A stretch of 24,775 nucleotides of DNA from Chthonomonas calidirosea (GCA_945859975.1 CAMAPH010000041.1:1-24775), one strand, 5' to 3'; shown: positions 7,784 to 16,291, counted from the first letter of the stretch. Numbers and translations: made by a program. Notes: a model not told the origin generated them from the letters alone.

Positions 7784-8578
7784 ATGCGAAGAAAACTTGT
7801 TGTCGGCAACTGGAAGATGAACATGACCCGGGCCGAGGCCGCGGCTTGTGTGGAAACCTTTGTCGAGCAAGTAAGTGCGGGCCAGCAATGTGATGTTGCG
7901 ATTTGCCCTCCATTCCTCGCGATTTCGGTTGTTCACGACTTACTGAAGAAGACCCAGATCAAAACCGGCGCGCAGGACGTTTTCTGGGCCGAGAAGGGCG
8001 CCTTCACGGGCAGCGTGAGCGCCAGCATGCTAGCCGATGCCGGCGTTTCCTTCTGCATCGTCGGCCACAGCGAAACGCGCGGCCGATTTGGAAAGCTAGA
8101 AGTTCCTGCCGAAACCACGGGCTACTTCGCAGAAACGGACCTGACGGTCAACCTGAAAACAAAAGCCCTCCTTGAGCGTGGCATCTCTCCAATTCTCTGT
8201 GTCGGCGAAACGCTGTCGGAGCGCGAGGGCCTCCAAACCGACAACGTTATCCAGGCTCAGCTCAAGGCTGGTCTAGACGGGATCGATGGAGCGGAATTCA
8301 CCGAAGGCGTCATCGCGTACGAACCGGTTTGGGCAATCGGTACGGGCATGACCTGTGACTCTCCCGAGGCAAGCCGAGTTTGCGGCATGATTCGCGCCAC
8401 GTTGGCCGAGATTTGGGACGAGGATGCCGCTAGCCGCGTTAGGATCCTGTACGGTGGCAGCGTGAAGGGCGCAAACGCTCACGAGCTGTTCGCGCAACCA
8501 GACATTGATGGCGGGCTCGTCGGTGGCGCTAGCCTCGTGGCAGACGAGTTTCATCGCATTGTCGCCGCGGCAAAGTAA
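7784..8578 (+). CDS. tpiA: Triosephosphate isomerase
   Basis: Motifs VGNWKMN, GAFTG, IVGHSE, AYEPVWAIGTG, LYGGSV and DGGLVGGASL. Confidence 0.97.
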   Translation: MRRKLVVGNWKMNMTRAEAAACVETFVEQVSAGQQCDVAICPPFLAISVVHDLLKKTQIKTGAQDVFWAEKGAFTGSVSASMLADAGVSFCIVGHSETRGRFGKLEVPAETTGYFAETDLTVNLKTKALLERGISPILCVGETLSEREGLQTDNVIQAQLKAGLDGIDGAEFTEGVIAYEPVWAIGTGMTCDSPEASRVCGMIRATLAEIWDEDAASRVRILYGGSVKGANAHELFAQPDIDGGLVGGASLVADEFHRIVAAAK

Positions 8579-8600
8579 TGCCGGCCGGCTTGAATTCGTC

Positions 8601-8606
8601 TAACCT
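8601..8606 (+). promoter_or_regulatory. Putative -10 box (TAACCT), leaderless
   Basis: TAnnnT lies 6 nt before GTG 8613, with no SD. Confidence 0.55.
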
Positions 8607-8612
8607 GATACC

Positions 8613-9452
8613 GTGTTAAGTATCGCCGTCGTATTAACCGCCGTCATGTCAATCCAAGATCCGAGCCAAGCTCAGGGGCTCAGTGGCAAGTCCGACACCG
8701 CCATCGTGCGCCAGCCGTTTGATCCGAAGAAGTGGAAGCTGGCCTGGAACGACGAATTCGATGTTCCGGGACTTCCTAATTCCAGCCGCTGGGACTACGA
8801 GGAAGGGTACATCCGCAACAACGAGGCGCAGTACTACACCAAGGGACGAAAAGAAAACGCGCGCGTAGAGGGCGGAAAGCTCATCATCAATGCGCTGAAG
8901 GACAACTGGAACGGAAAGCCCATCACCTCCGCTAGTTTGGTCACGAAGGGTAAGCGGGAGTTCCTCTATGGCCGCATTGAAGCCAAGGCAAAGATTCCGA
9001 CCGGAAAAGGCACTTGGCCCGCGATTTGGACACTCGGAACCAACATCGGACAAGTTGGCTGGCCGACTTGCGGTGAGCTAGACATCCTCGAGAACGTCGG
9101 CTTCGACCCAGATCGCGTCCACGCGAACATTCACGTGAAGACCTTCAATCACACGAAGGGCACCGGAAAAGGGAACAACATGCTGGTTGAGAAGCCGTAT
9201 GAGGGCTTCCACGTTTACGCGCTGGAGTGGTACCCAGACCGGATTGACTTCTTCTTTGACGACAAGAAGTACTTCACCTTCCGAAAAGAAGCGAGCTACA
9301 CGAACGCAGAATGGCCGTTCGACAAGCCGCAGTACCTAATCCTGAACCTCGCCATTGGCGGCGCGTGGGGTGGAGCGCAGGGGATTGACGATTCGAAGTT
9401 CCCTCACCAATACGAAATTGAATACGTTCGATACTACGAACCCGTGAAATAA
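8613..9452 (+). CDS. Secreted glycoside hydrolase family 16 (laminarinase/beta-glucanase-like)
   Basis: Signal peptide, WNDEFD, RNNEAQYY, YGRIEAKAK, GTWPAIW, catalytic ELDILE, FHVYALEW and YLILNLAIGG. Confidence 0.92.
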   Translation: MLSIAVVLTAVMSIQDPSQAQGLSGKSDTAIVRQPFDPKKWKLAWNDEFDVPGLPNSSRWDYEEGYIRNNEAQYYTKGRKENARVEGGKLIINALKDNWNGKPITSASLVTKGKREFLYGRIEAKAKIPTGKGTWPAIWTLGTNIGQVGWPTCGELDILENVGFDPDRVHANIHVKTFNHTKGTGKGNNMLVEKPYEGFHVYALEWYPDRIDFFFDDKKYFTFRKEASYTNAEWPFDKPQYLILNLAIGGAWGGAQGIDDSKFPHQYEIEYVRYYEPVK

Positions 9453-9979
9453 TGGAAGCCGTAACTGCCGCCTCGACCCGCACCGTCATGAGCCAGATCA
9501 TGACGCCAGACGACGCCAACTTCTTAGGCAAGGTTTTTGGCGGCAAGTTACTCTCCCTGATCGACCTTTGCGCCTACACCACGGCTGCTCGGTTCAGCGG
9601 GGAAGTCTGCGTCACCGCCAGCTTTGATCGCGTCGACTTTCTCGAGCCGATCGAAGTGGGTGACGTGGTGACAATGGCAGGAGAAGTCTCTTTTGTCGGT
9701 CGCACGTCGGTGGAAGTAACCATCGAGGTGTACGCGGAGAACATCCTCAAGCGAACCAAGCGCCATACGAACACGGCCCGGGTTACTATGGTTGCCATTC
9801 GGGACGGAAAGCCGGTTGCAGTGCCGAAGCTGATTTGCGAGGATCGCGATGAGAAAATCCGCTTTCTCGCCGGTCGTTACCGCCGAGAACTCCGACCTAA
9901 GTACACCGAAGAACGAGAGAGATACGCAGAGAGTCTTGCGAAGCTGAGCGATGCTGAGCTTGACGAACTCCTGAAGTAG
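9452..9979 (+). CDS. Acyl-CoA thioesterase (HotDog fold, YciA-like)
   Basis: PDDANFLGKVFGGKLLSLID, VTASFDRVDFLEPI and VGRTSVEV. TAATG overlap with the GH16 stop. Confidence 0.9.
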   Translation: MEAVTAASTRTVMSQIMTPDDANFLGKVFGGKLLSLIDLCAYTTAARFSGEVCVTASFDRVDFLEPIEVGDVVTMAGEVSFVGRTSVEVTIEVYAENILKRTKRHTNTARVTMVAIRDGKPVAVPKLICEDRDEKIRFLAGRYRRELRPKYTEERERYAESLAKLSDAELDELLK

Positions 9980-10022
9980 GACCAACCGCACAAATAGTTT
10001 CCCCTTTTTGCGCCTTCCGTCG

Positions 10023-10028
10023 TACAAT
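10023..10028 (+). promoter_or_regulatory. Putative -10 box (TACAAT), leaderless
   Basis: Near-consensus TAnnnT 6 nt before in-frame ATG 10035. Confidence 0.6.
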
Positions 10029-10034
10029 TCCCTA

Positions 10035-10622
10035 ATGGGGATAAGGATTCCGGCGGGACCAGCGTTGGCGGTAGGGATAGCACTCGTAGCGTTCGGCTAT
10101 ATGTACTATCAGTTAAAGGGATCTGGCGGTGAGACCGCAAATTACGCCATCTCCTACGATGAGCCAAAAGGCTGGGACCCGGTACCGCACGGTCCGCAGA
10201 CTCTTTTCCTGTACAAGCACCCCAAGACGGGCCTATTGCTTCGAGGTGCCCAGAATCAAGTCGTCTCCGATGTGAATCCCACCCCTGAGCTCGATAGCCG
10301 CGGGATGGCTCAATACTACATCGACCGAACCAAAGAGAACCTTCCGGACTGGAAAGCTGAACTGGCAGGAGAAGTCGCCGCGGATGGCGTGAAGTTCAAT
10401 CTCATCCGCCGATCACGAAACGGCAAGACCGTCGTGACCGCATTTGGCGTCCGTGGGAACACGACGTTGATTGTCAGCTTGAGTGGCGCGGACGATGAAC
10501 AGAAGAGCATCGATAGTGGCGGTATGGAATTCCTGCGCGACTATGTCGGTCAAGTCTCGTTCGCCAAAGCAGACCCGCTGAAACGATCTCCGACTGCATC
10601 AATTCCGGCGATCATGCGATAA
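10035..10622 (+). CDS. Hypothetical membrane-anchored protein (possibly PsbP/DcrB-like fold)
   Basis: N-terminal TM helix (ALAVGIALVAFGYMYY), then ISYDEPKGW resembling the PsbP/DcrB-like 'F..P.GW' start. The start was moved from 10008 to ATG 10035. The fold call is tentative. Confidence 0.65.
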   Translation: MGIRIPAGPALAVGIALVAFGYMYYQLKGSGGETANYAISYDEPKGWDPVPHGPQTLFLYKHPKTGLLLRGAQNQVVSDVNPTPELDSRGMAQYYIDRTKENLPDWKAELAGEVAADGVKFNLIRRSRNGKTVVTAFGVRGNTTLIVSLSGADDEQKSIDSGGMEFLRDYVGQVSFAKADPLKRSPTASIPAIMR

Positions 10623-10655
10623 AAAAAGGCGGCTGGACTTTGCAGTCCAGCCGCC
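10621..10655 (-). terminator. Rho-independent terminator of the atp operon (possibly bidirectional)
   Basis: 12-bp perfect stem GGCGGCTGGACT/AGTCCAGCCGCC. On the - strand the loop is GCAA, followed by U7 (A-run 10621-10627). Confidence 0.9.
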
Positions 10656-10671
10656 CGTTTCAACCGTGCTC

Positions 10672-11529
10672 TTAGTTCTTAAGCGCTTCGGCGCCACCGA
10701 CGATTTCGAGAATCTGGGTGGTGATGCTCGCTTGGCGAACGCGGTTCGCTTCGAGCGTGAGGCTCTTGATCATCTTTCCGGCGTTGTCGGTTGCACCGGT
10801 CATTGCCGTCATTCGGGCACCGAACTCAGATGCCGTACCTTCCAACAGCGACTGCCAAACCAAGGTCTGGAAGTATCGAGGAAGCAAGGTGTCCAGTAGC
10901 GTGTCGGCATCTGGCTCAAACTGCACATCGCCGGCGCTCTTGGTTTCCGTGGCCGTTGGAGGCTCAATCGGAAGCAACTGCGTAATCTGCGGTACCTGCC
11001 GAATGGCGGAATAGAACTTGGCGTAGCAGACGAAAACGGCGTCAACTTCGCCCGATTCGTACAAGTTTCGCGCGGTTCGAGTTACTTCAATCGCGTTAGC
11101 GAGCGTTGCTCCGCTGCTTGGCACCGATAGGTTGTGCACCACGTCGTATCCACGGCGGGAGAAGAACTGATTGCCCTTCTTACCGACCGTAAGGAGGGTT
11201 ACCGGAACCGATTCCTCACGAATAAACTCTGCGGTTTTTCGGATCAGAGATGTGTTGTACGCACCAGCAAGACCTCGGTCGGAGGTGATGATGATGAGGC
11301 AGATCTTCTTGACCTCTCGCTTCTCCATCAGCGGGTGTGGAGGAAGCTCGCCACTTGAGCTTAGGCTTTCCATGACGTCTTTCAGCTTGTCGGCATAAGG
11401 CCGGGCTTCGAGTACTCGGTCGGTAGCGCGTTTCAAACGCGCAGCGGCGACCAGCTTCATCGCTTTCGTGATTTGCTGGATATTCTTTGCCGCTTTGATC
11501 CGGCTGCGAATCTGCTTTAAGGTTGCCAT
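10672..11529 (-). CDS. atpG: F1Fo ATP synthase subunit gamma
   Basis: Motifs KNIQQITKAMKLVAAARL, SDRGLAGAYN, SEFGARMTAM and NRVRQASITTQILEIVGGA. Confidence 0.97.
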   Translation of the reverse strand: MATLKQIRSRIKAAKNIQQITKAMKLVAAARLKRATDRVLEARPYADKLKDVMESLSSSGELPPHPLMEKREVKKICLIIITSDRGLAGAYNTSLIRKTAEFIREESVPVTLLTVGKKGNQFFSRRGYDVVHNLSVPSSGATLANAIEVTRTARNLYESGEVDAVFVCYAKFYSAIRQVPQITQLLPIEPPTATETKSAGDVQFEPDADTLLDTLLPRYFQTLVWQSLLEGTASEFGARMTAMTGATDNAGKMIKSLTLEANRVRQASITTQILEIVGGAEALKN

Positions 11530-11548
11530 CTACAGATAATCAGGGTAG

Positions 11549-11571
11549 TTGCCCCGGCGTTGCCGGGGCGA
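11549..11571 (-). other. Intercistronic hairpin between atpA and atpG
   Basis: GCCCCGGC-GTT-GCCGGGGC is an 8-bp GC stem just downstream of the atpA stop, with no U-tract. Confidence 0.7.
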
Positions 11572-11576
11572 AACGG

Positions 11577-13103
11577 TTACTTGAAGGAAGCCTTGAACTC
11601 GAGAACGGCTTTCTTGAGAGTTTCTTCGGTGTCCTTTCCGAGTGCCTTAGTGGTTCGAACAGTTTCGATCACGTCGGGGTACTTGTCGTGGACGAAAGCC
11701 TGGAGGCCCGCTTCGAACGACTTAACCTGCTCGTTCGAGAGATCGTCGAGCACACCCAAACTTCCGGAGAAGATCGAGATGATCTGATCGATAACCGCCA
11801 TCGGCGAAGCCAGGTCCTGCTTCAGCAACTCGGTGAGTCGCTGACCGCGGATAAGCTGCTGCTGGGTGGCTTTATCCAAGTCCGAAGCGAACTGCGCGAA
11901 GGCAGCAACGTCTCGGTACTGGGCCATTTCAAGCTTCAACTTACCGGCGACGGACTTCATCGCCTTGATCTGAGCGTTTCCACCAACTCGGCTAACCGAG
12001 ATACCGACGTTAACGGCAGGTCGGATACCGGCAAAGAAGAGGTCGGGTTCGAGATAGATCTGACCGTCCGTGATCGAAATTACGTTGGTCGGAATGTAAG
12101 CCGAAACGTCTCCCTGCTGGGTTTCGATGATCGGAAGCGCGGTGAGCGATCCTCCGCCATTCTCGTCGGACATCTTTGCCGCTCGCTCCAGAAGTCGCGA
12201 GTGCAGGTAGAAGACGTCTCCCGGATAGGCTTCTCGTCCTGGCGGACGTCGAAGAAGAAGGGAAAGGGCACGGTAGGCCTGAGCGTGCTTACTCAAGTCA
12301 TCGTAGATGACCAAAGCGTGCATGCCGTTATCTCGGTAGTACTCACCAATCGTGGCACCCGCGAACGGAGCAAGGTACTGCATCGCGTTCGATTCGGCAG
12401 CGGAGGCAACAACAACCGTGGTGTATTCCATGGCGCCGAACTCGGTGAGAGTCTGGACAACACGGGCAACGTTTGCCATCTTCTGTCCACAGGCGACATA
12501 GATGCAGTAGACCGGCGAGCCACCTGGCTCGTGGGTCTGCTTCTGGTTGAGAATCGTATCGACGCAGATCGAAGTCTTTCCGGTCTGTCGGTCTCCAATA
12601 ACGAGTTCTCGCTGACCGCGACCGATCGGAATCATGGCGTCGATGGCCTTGATACCGGTCTGAAGTGGTTCGGTAACGGGCTGTCGCTCGATAACGCCAG
12701 GAGCGAGGGTTTCGATCAGTCGGAAACTGTCGGAAGCGATTTCGCCCTTGTTGTCGATTGGCTGGCCGAGCGAGTTGACAACTCGTCCGAGCAGGCCCTT
12801 ACCGACGGGAATTTCGATAATTCGGCCGGTCTCTCGAACGGGGTCGCCTTCCTTGATTTGCGTGTCGTCGCCGATGATAACGGCGCCGATGGACTGCTCT
12901 TCAAGGTTGAGGGCGAGGCCCATAATGCCGTCGGGGAACTCAAGGAGTTCTCCCATCTGACAGTTTGGCAAGCCGTAAACACGTGCGATGCCGTCGCCAA
13001 CTTGGATGACGGTACCAACGTGTTCGGTATCGACTTTCTTCTCAAACTTTTCAAGTTCGGCACGAAGAATGCCTGTAATCTCTTCGGGTCTAATGCTGGC
13101 CAT
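11577..13103 (-). CDS. atpA: F1Fo ATP synthase subunit alpha
   Basis: Motifs [10 protein letters not shown], Walker [40 protein letters not shown] and SVSRVGG. Confidence 0.99.
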   Translation of the reverse strand: MASIRPEEITGILRAELEKFEKKVDTEHVGTVIQVGDGIARVYGLPNCQMGELLEFPDGIMGLALNLEEQSIGAVIIGDDTQIKEGDPVRETGRIIEIPVGKGLLGRVVNSLGQPIDNKGEIASDSFRLIETLAPGVIERQPVTEPLQTGIKAIDAMIPIGRGQRELVIGDRQTGKTSICVDTILNQKQTHEPGGSPVYCIYVACGQKMANVARVVQTLTEFGAMEYTTVVVASAAESNAMQYLAPFAGATIGEYYRDNGMHALVIYDDLSKHAQAYRALSLLLRRPPGREAYPGDVFYLHSRLLERAAKMSDENGGGSLTALPIIETQQGDVSAYIPTNVISITDGQIYLEPDLFFAGIRPAVNVGISVSRVGGNAQIKAMKSVAGKLKLEMAQYRDVAAFAQFASDLDKATQQQLIRGQRLTELLKQDLASPMAVIDQIISIFSGSLGVLDDLSNEQVKSFEAGLQAFVHDKYPDVIETVRTTKALGKDTEETLKKAVLEFKASFK

Positions 13104-13116
13104 TGAGTTTCTCTGA

Positions 13117-13671
13117 TTAGCTCTGCTTCAAAAGCTCATAGCGCAATTTCTCGCGCAACTTGCCGATGGATCCGCGGACGGTGCCATCTAAAACGTAGTT
13201 GTCGTAAGCGACCTTTACTCCGCCAATAACGCGGACATCGGTCACAAACTCGGGTTCGATCTTCTTCTTGATCCGCAACTCCACCTTTTCGACCAGGGCA
13301 ACTTTCTGCTCTGGCGTAAGGGGCTCGCGGGAAGTGACGGTGGCAAAGACGATGCCGTCTTCGCTTCGTCGAAGCTTGACGAACTCGGCGTGTACAGATT
13401 CGAGGTCGGCTTCTCGTCCTCGCTCGATCATGAGTCGAAGGACTTGCATGGTCAAGCTAGTGACTTTGTCGCCGAACACGTTCTGGAAAATCGTGGTTTT
13501 GTCATCCCGTCCGACAAGCGGGGTCATGGTGAAATGTCGGAATTCCGGGTTGCTTCGAAGCGCATCGACGACGGAACCGAGGTCGGTTTCGACCGCTCGG
13601 ACCATTTCGCCTGCTCGGGCCGCTTGGAAAAGCGCACCGGCATATCTTCGGGCAACGCGAGAATCGATCAC
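13117..13671 (-). CDS. atpH: F1Fo ATP synthase subunit delta
   Basis: [10 protein letters not shown] and IGGVKV...[11 protein letters not shown] start, located between atpF and atpA. Confidence 0.93.
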   Translation of the reverse strand: MIDSRVARRYAGALFQAARAGEMVRAVETDLGSVVDALRSNPEFRHFTMTPLVGRDDKTTIFQNVFGDKVTSLTMQVLRLMIERGREADLESVHAEFVKLRRSEDGIVFATVTSREPLTPEQKVALVEKVELRIKKKIEPEFVTDVRVIGGVKVAYDNYVLDGTVRGSIGKLREKLRYELLKQS

Positions 13672-13673
13672 GG

Positions 13674-14303
13674 TTAGGCGACCACCTCGACGGAATTGAT
13701 GTAGTCGTCAACGAGACGTCGGTTTCGCTCGCTGTCCATGTTCTCGCCAACAACCTTTTCGGCTGCGGCAAGCGCCAAGTCGACAACATGGGTTCGAAGT
13801 TCGACAAGCACTTTCTGCTTCTCGGCTTCTATTTCGGCAGTTGCTTGCTGCACGAGCGCATCGGCTCGGGTCGCAGCTTCCGCCATCAGGCTGCTTCGCA
13901 GATTCTGAGCTTCGCGAATCTGGCTCTGGATCTGTTCTCGAGCGTTAGCTTCGCTTTCGGCGAGCCGACGGTCGTAGTCAGATTTCATTCGTTCCATTTC
14001 GGTTCGAAGGTTCTCTGCTTCCGTGAAGGTTCGCTCCAAGTCGCTGTTTCGCTCTTGGATGGCATCCTGCAGCGGCTTAATGAAGAACGACTTGATGACC
14101 GGGAAAAGGATCAAGAACACGCCGATGGTGCCGATGGTCTTTCCGAAGTCAAGCGGAATTCCTTGGCCTTCGAGGGTTTCCTGAATGCCGCCTACTCCAA
14201 GTGCTTTCGCATTCAAGGAGAGGTAGGTGCCGCCCACCATGAGTACTGCACCAATGATGATGCCGACTATGGGTGATCCCGATGATTTTTGTTCGTTACT
14301 CAT
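13674..14303 (-). CDS. atpF: Fo subunit b with N-terminal extension
   Basis: FLILFPVIKSFFIKPL..AIQER followed by a long coiled coil and AAAEKVVG. Operon position fits. Confidence 0.92.
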   Translation of the reverse strand: MSNEQKSSGSPIVGIIIGAVLMVGGTYLSLNAKALGVGGIQETLEGQGIPLDFGKTIGTIGVFLILFPVIKSFFIKPLQDAIQERNSDLERTFTEAENLRTEMERMKSDYDRRLAESEANAREQIQSQIREAQNLRSSLMAEAATRADALVQQATAEIEAEKQKVLVELRTHVVDLALAAAEKVVGENMDSERNRRLVDDYINSVEVVA

Positions 14304-14326
14304 GAACCGCTTTCGTGATTAAGGGT

Positions 14327-14351
14327 TTTGGGGCCGGTTGCCCGGCCCAAA
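14327..14351 (-). other. Intercistronic hairpin between atpE and atpF
   Basis: The - strand reads TTTGGGCCGG-GCAA-CCGGCCCCAAA, a GNRA tetraloop hairpin. Confidence 0.7.
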
Positions 14352-14378
14352 GTGATTGTTTTGCCTGATCGTGTTGGC

Positions 14379-14630
14379 TTATTCTGCCGCAGTCGTCGCA
14401 GCTGCACCCTCGACCTTGGTGGTCGTGATGCTCTCCTTGAAGGAGCTTGGCGCGATGAAGACGGTGAGCAAGAATACGAGTTCGACGAACGCAAGCGCGA
14501 TCAACATCGCGGTCTGCAGTTTGCCAATCGCTTCTGGCTGTCGTGCCATGCCCTGCATTGCACTGTATCCAATCATTCCGAGGCCGATAGCGACGCCAAG
14601 CGCCGCGAGTCCGAGTCCTAGTCCTAGCAT
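14379..14630 (-). CDS. atpE: Fo subunit c
   Basis: Gly-rich inner helix, RQPE loop and essential Glu50 (AFVELV). Strong SD (AAGGA) upstream. Confidence 0.95.
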   Translation of the reverse strand: MLGLGLGLAALGVAIGLGMIGYSAMQGMARQPEAIGKLQTAMLIALAFVELVFLLTVFIAPSSFKESITTTKVEGAAATTAAE

Positions 14631-14662
14631 TTTCCTTGTTTCTCCCTTTGTTTCCTTTTTTG
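14631..14662 (-). promoter_or_regulatory. Purine-rich translation initiation region of atpE with duplicated SD-like unit
   Basis: The - strand reads AAAAAAGGAAACAAAGGGAGAAACAAGGAAA-ATG, containing GAAACAA(A)GG twice. Confidence 0.6.
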
Positions 14663-14679
14663 TAGATGGATAAAAATCT

Positions 14680-15453
14680 TTAGTGCGCGGCCGCCGCTTC
14701 GACGTGATCGTCGTGGTGAGCAGTAACCAGCGAGATATAGACGCAGGTGAGCAAGCAGAAGATGAGCGCTTGCACCACGCAGGTCAGAACTTTGATCGGC
14801 AATAGGAAAGCACCGACCGGAATGAAGACCGGGTCGCCAATTTTGTTCATGGCAAGAACGGCCTGGTGACCACCTTCGATGTTTCCGAAGAGTCGCAAGC
14901 TGAGCGACACGTTCTTCATCACTTCGGAGATCAACTCAATCACGAAGATCATGATGCTGATCGGAATCAAGGCGACTGGAAGCTTCGGACCGGCGAAGTG
15001 GCTGAAGTGCCCTATAACTCCGTTGGCGCGAATTCCCTCGTACTGGACATATCCGACGGCGATCAACGCCATTCCAAGATTAAAGCTGAGGTCGGCCGTT
15101 GGTGCCGTTGGCATGAACAGCGCGATAACGTTCGAGACGAAGATCACGAGCCAGAAGACCATGATCATCGGAATGTATCGGCGACCGTGGCTGCCAATGA
15201 TCCCAACGCACATGTTTTCGAGGAACAAGTAAAGCTGTTCAAAAATCGAAGTGAAAGGATTCTTGAAAACTCGCTGGTTAAGCCCAGACTTGGCCTTCGA
15301 CATCATGACGAACAAAATGACAACCGTGAGCAATACGTAGACAGCCAAGCCAATAAAGCTAGGGCCGTGATGCCCCTCCGCCTTGTGTGCTTCGCCCGCA
15401 TGCTCTTCCACCCCTGCGATCAGATGAAACCCAGTTGTCAACAAGTTGCCCAT
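14680..15453 (-). CDS. atpB: Fo subunit a
   Basis: Motifs PTADLSFNL, IELISEVMKNVSLSLRLFGN (essential Arg) and VQALIFCLLTCVYI. Confidence 0.95.
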   Translation of the reverse strand: MGNLLTTGFHLIAGVEEHAGEAHKAEGHHGPSFIGLAVYVLLTVVILFVMMSKAKSGLNQRVFKNPFTSIFEQLYLFLENMCVGIIGSHGRRYIPMIMVFWLVIFVSNVIALFMPTAPTADLSFNLGMALIAVGYVQYEGIRANGVIGHFSHFAGPKLPVALIPISIMIFVIELISEVMKNVSLSLRLFGNIEGGHQAVLAMNKIGDPVFIPVGAFLLPIKVLTCVVQALIFCLLTCVYISLVTAHHDDHVEAAAAH

Positions 15454-15470
15454 ACAGCATTAAGGGCACT

Positions 15471-15821
15471 TCACGATGAAGTGAGCACCCTTCCAACGAG
15501 GACGGAGTATACCAACAACATTCCAAGCAGGAAGCATGTAGTCGCGGCAGATCCGTGCCTTTGTGCGAACGTTCCGGCGATGTAGAACAGGGGAATCTTG
15601 GCGAAGAACGCCGCGACGATGCCGGTGGTTTGCCAGACCGGCGATTCTTGGTCCGCCATCATTCGGCTGAAGTGGCGAACCGCGAGCCAAAGCGCGACCA
15701 AATTGAACGTCGATGCCCCTAATCCGTACGCCATTCCGATGAGCCCAGAGGTTCCGTATCGAAAATGGGCGAAGGTGAGCCCGACGACAATCACTCCAAG
15801 ACAGATCAGCAAGAACTTCAT
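15471..15821 (-). CDS. atpI: ATP synthase protein I-like four-TM membrane protein
   Basis: 116 aa with about 4 hydrophobic segments, lying immediately upstream of atpB. Confidence 0.65.
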   Translation of the reverse strand: MKFLLICLGVIVVGLTFAHFRYGTSGLIGMAYGLGASTFNLVALWLAVRHFSRMMADQESPVWQTTGIVAAFFAKIPLFYIAGTFAQRHGSAATTCFLLGMLLVYSVLVGRVLTSS

Positions 15822-15826
15822 CGCCG

Positions 15827-16285
15827 TTACCGTGTGTTCGTGCGATTCATCATCATCACTGCTGCCGCGACGCCGATGAAGGCGCCGATCAAAGTTCCAA
15901 AGTTCCGGCCGGTCTGTACAACGCTGTTGCCATCGATGGCCCAGCCAATCAGGTACCCGGCGACCGGCATGCCAAGAATCGTGTAAGCGATCGAGAGTCC
16001 AACGCCGAGCCCCTTCGCGCTCTCGCGATCACTCTTTTCTTTCGTCGCCTGGGTTTTAACCGCCGCCGCTCGTTTTTCCTGGATCACCTTGGCGCGATTC
16101 GAAATTTCTTCATACCGCTGGCGAAATTCGGCATCGTCGAAGGGATCGACCCGAACCTCCGGAATGACGACTTCCGGAGCGTCGTCCAGCATTTCCGCCG
16201 CAATCTTTGCCCGTGCGTCTTTCAGGCGAAGCTCAATCTCGTCTTTCGTGGGCAGCTCTGGTCGCGGTTCCAGTTCGTCCGACAT
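15827..16285 (-). CDS. AtpZ/AtpI (ATPase gene1) family two-TM protein with long charged N-terminal domain
   Basis: C-terminal GLSIAYTILG..VAGYLIGWAID...GTLIGAFIG is typical of this family. Start is ATG 16285 (MSDELE); the longer ORF to 16432 would overlap recG. Confidence 0.72.
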   Translation of the reverse strand: MSDELEPRPELPTKDEIELRLKDARAKIAAEMLDDAPEVVIPEVRVDPFDDAEFRQRYEEISNRAKVIQEKRAAAVKTQATKEKSDRESAKGLGVGLSIAYTILGMPVAGYLIGWAIDGNSVVQTGRNFGTLIGAFIGVAAAVMMMNRTNTR

Positions 16286-16291
16286 GGCTTC

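Noticed and set aside
11523..13106. 527-aa ORF on the + strand antisense to atpA
   Set aside because: It mirrors atpA almost exactly in extent and has no recognisable motifs. Long antisense ORFs are a common by-product of codon bias in conserved, highly expressed GC-rich genes.
14379..14630. Possibility of a Na+-coupled or N-type ATPase
   Set aside because: Subunit c lacks the Q...E-S/T Na+ signature, and the gene order with a separate atpH is standard F-type.
14866..15585. 239-aa + strand ORF over atpB/atpI, and similar shadow ORFs (3274..3837, 17958..18659, 19971..20726)
   Set aside because: These are antisense to well-supported genes and have no motifs or initiation signals.
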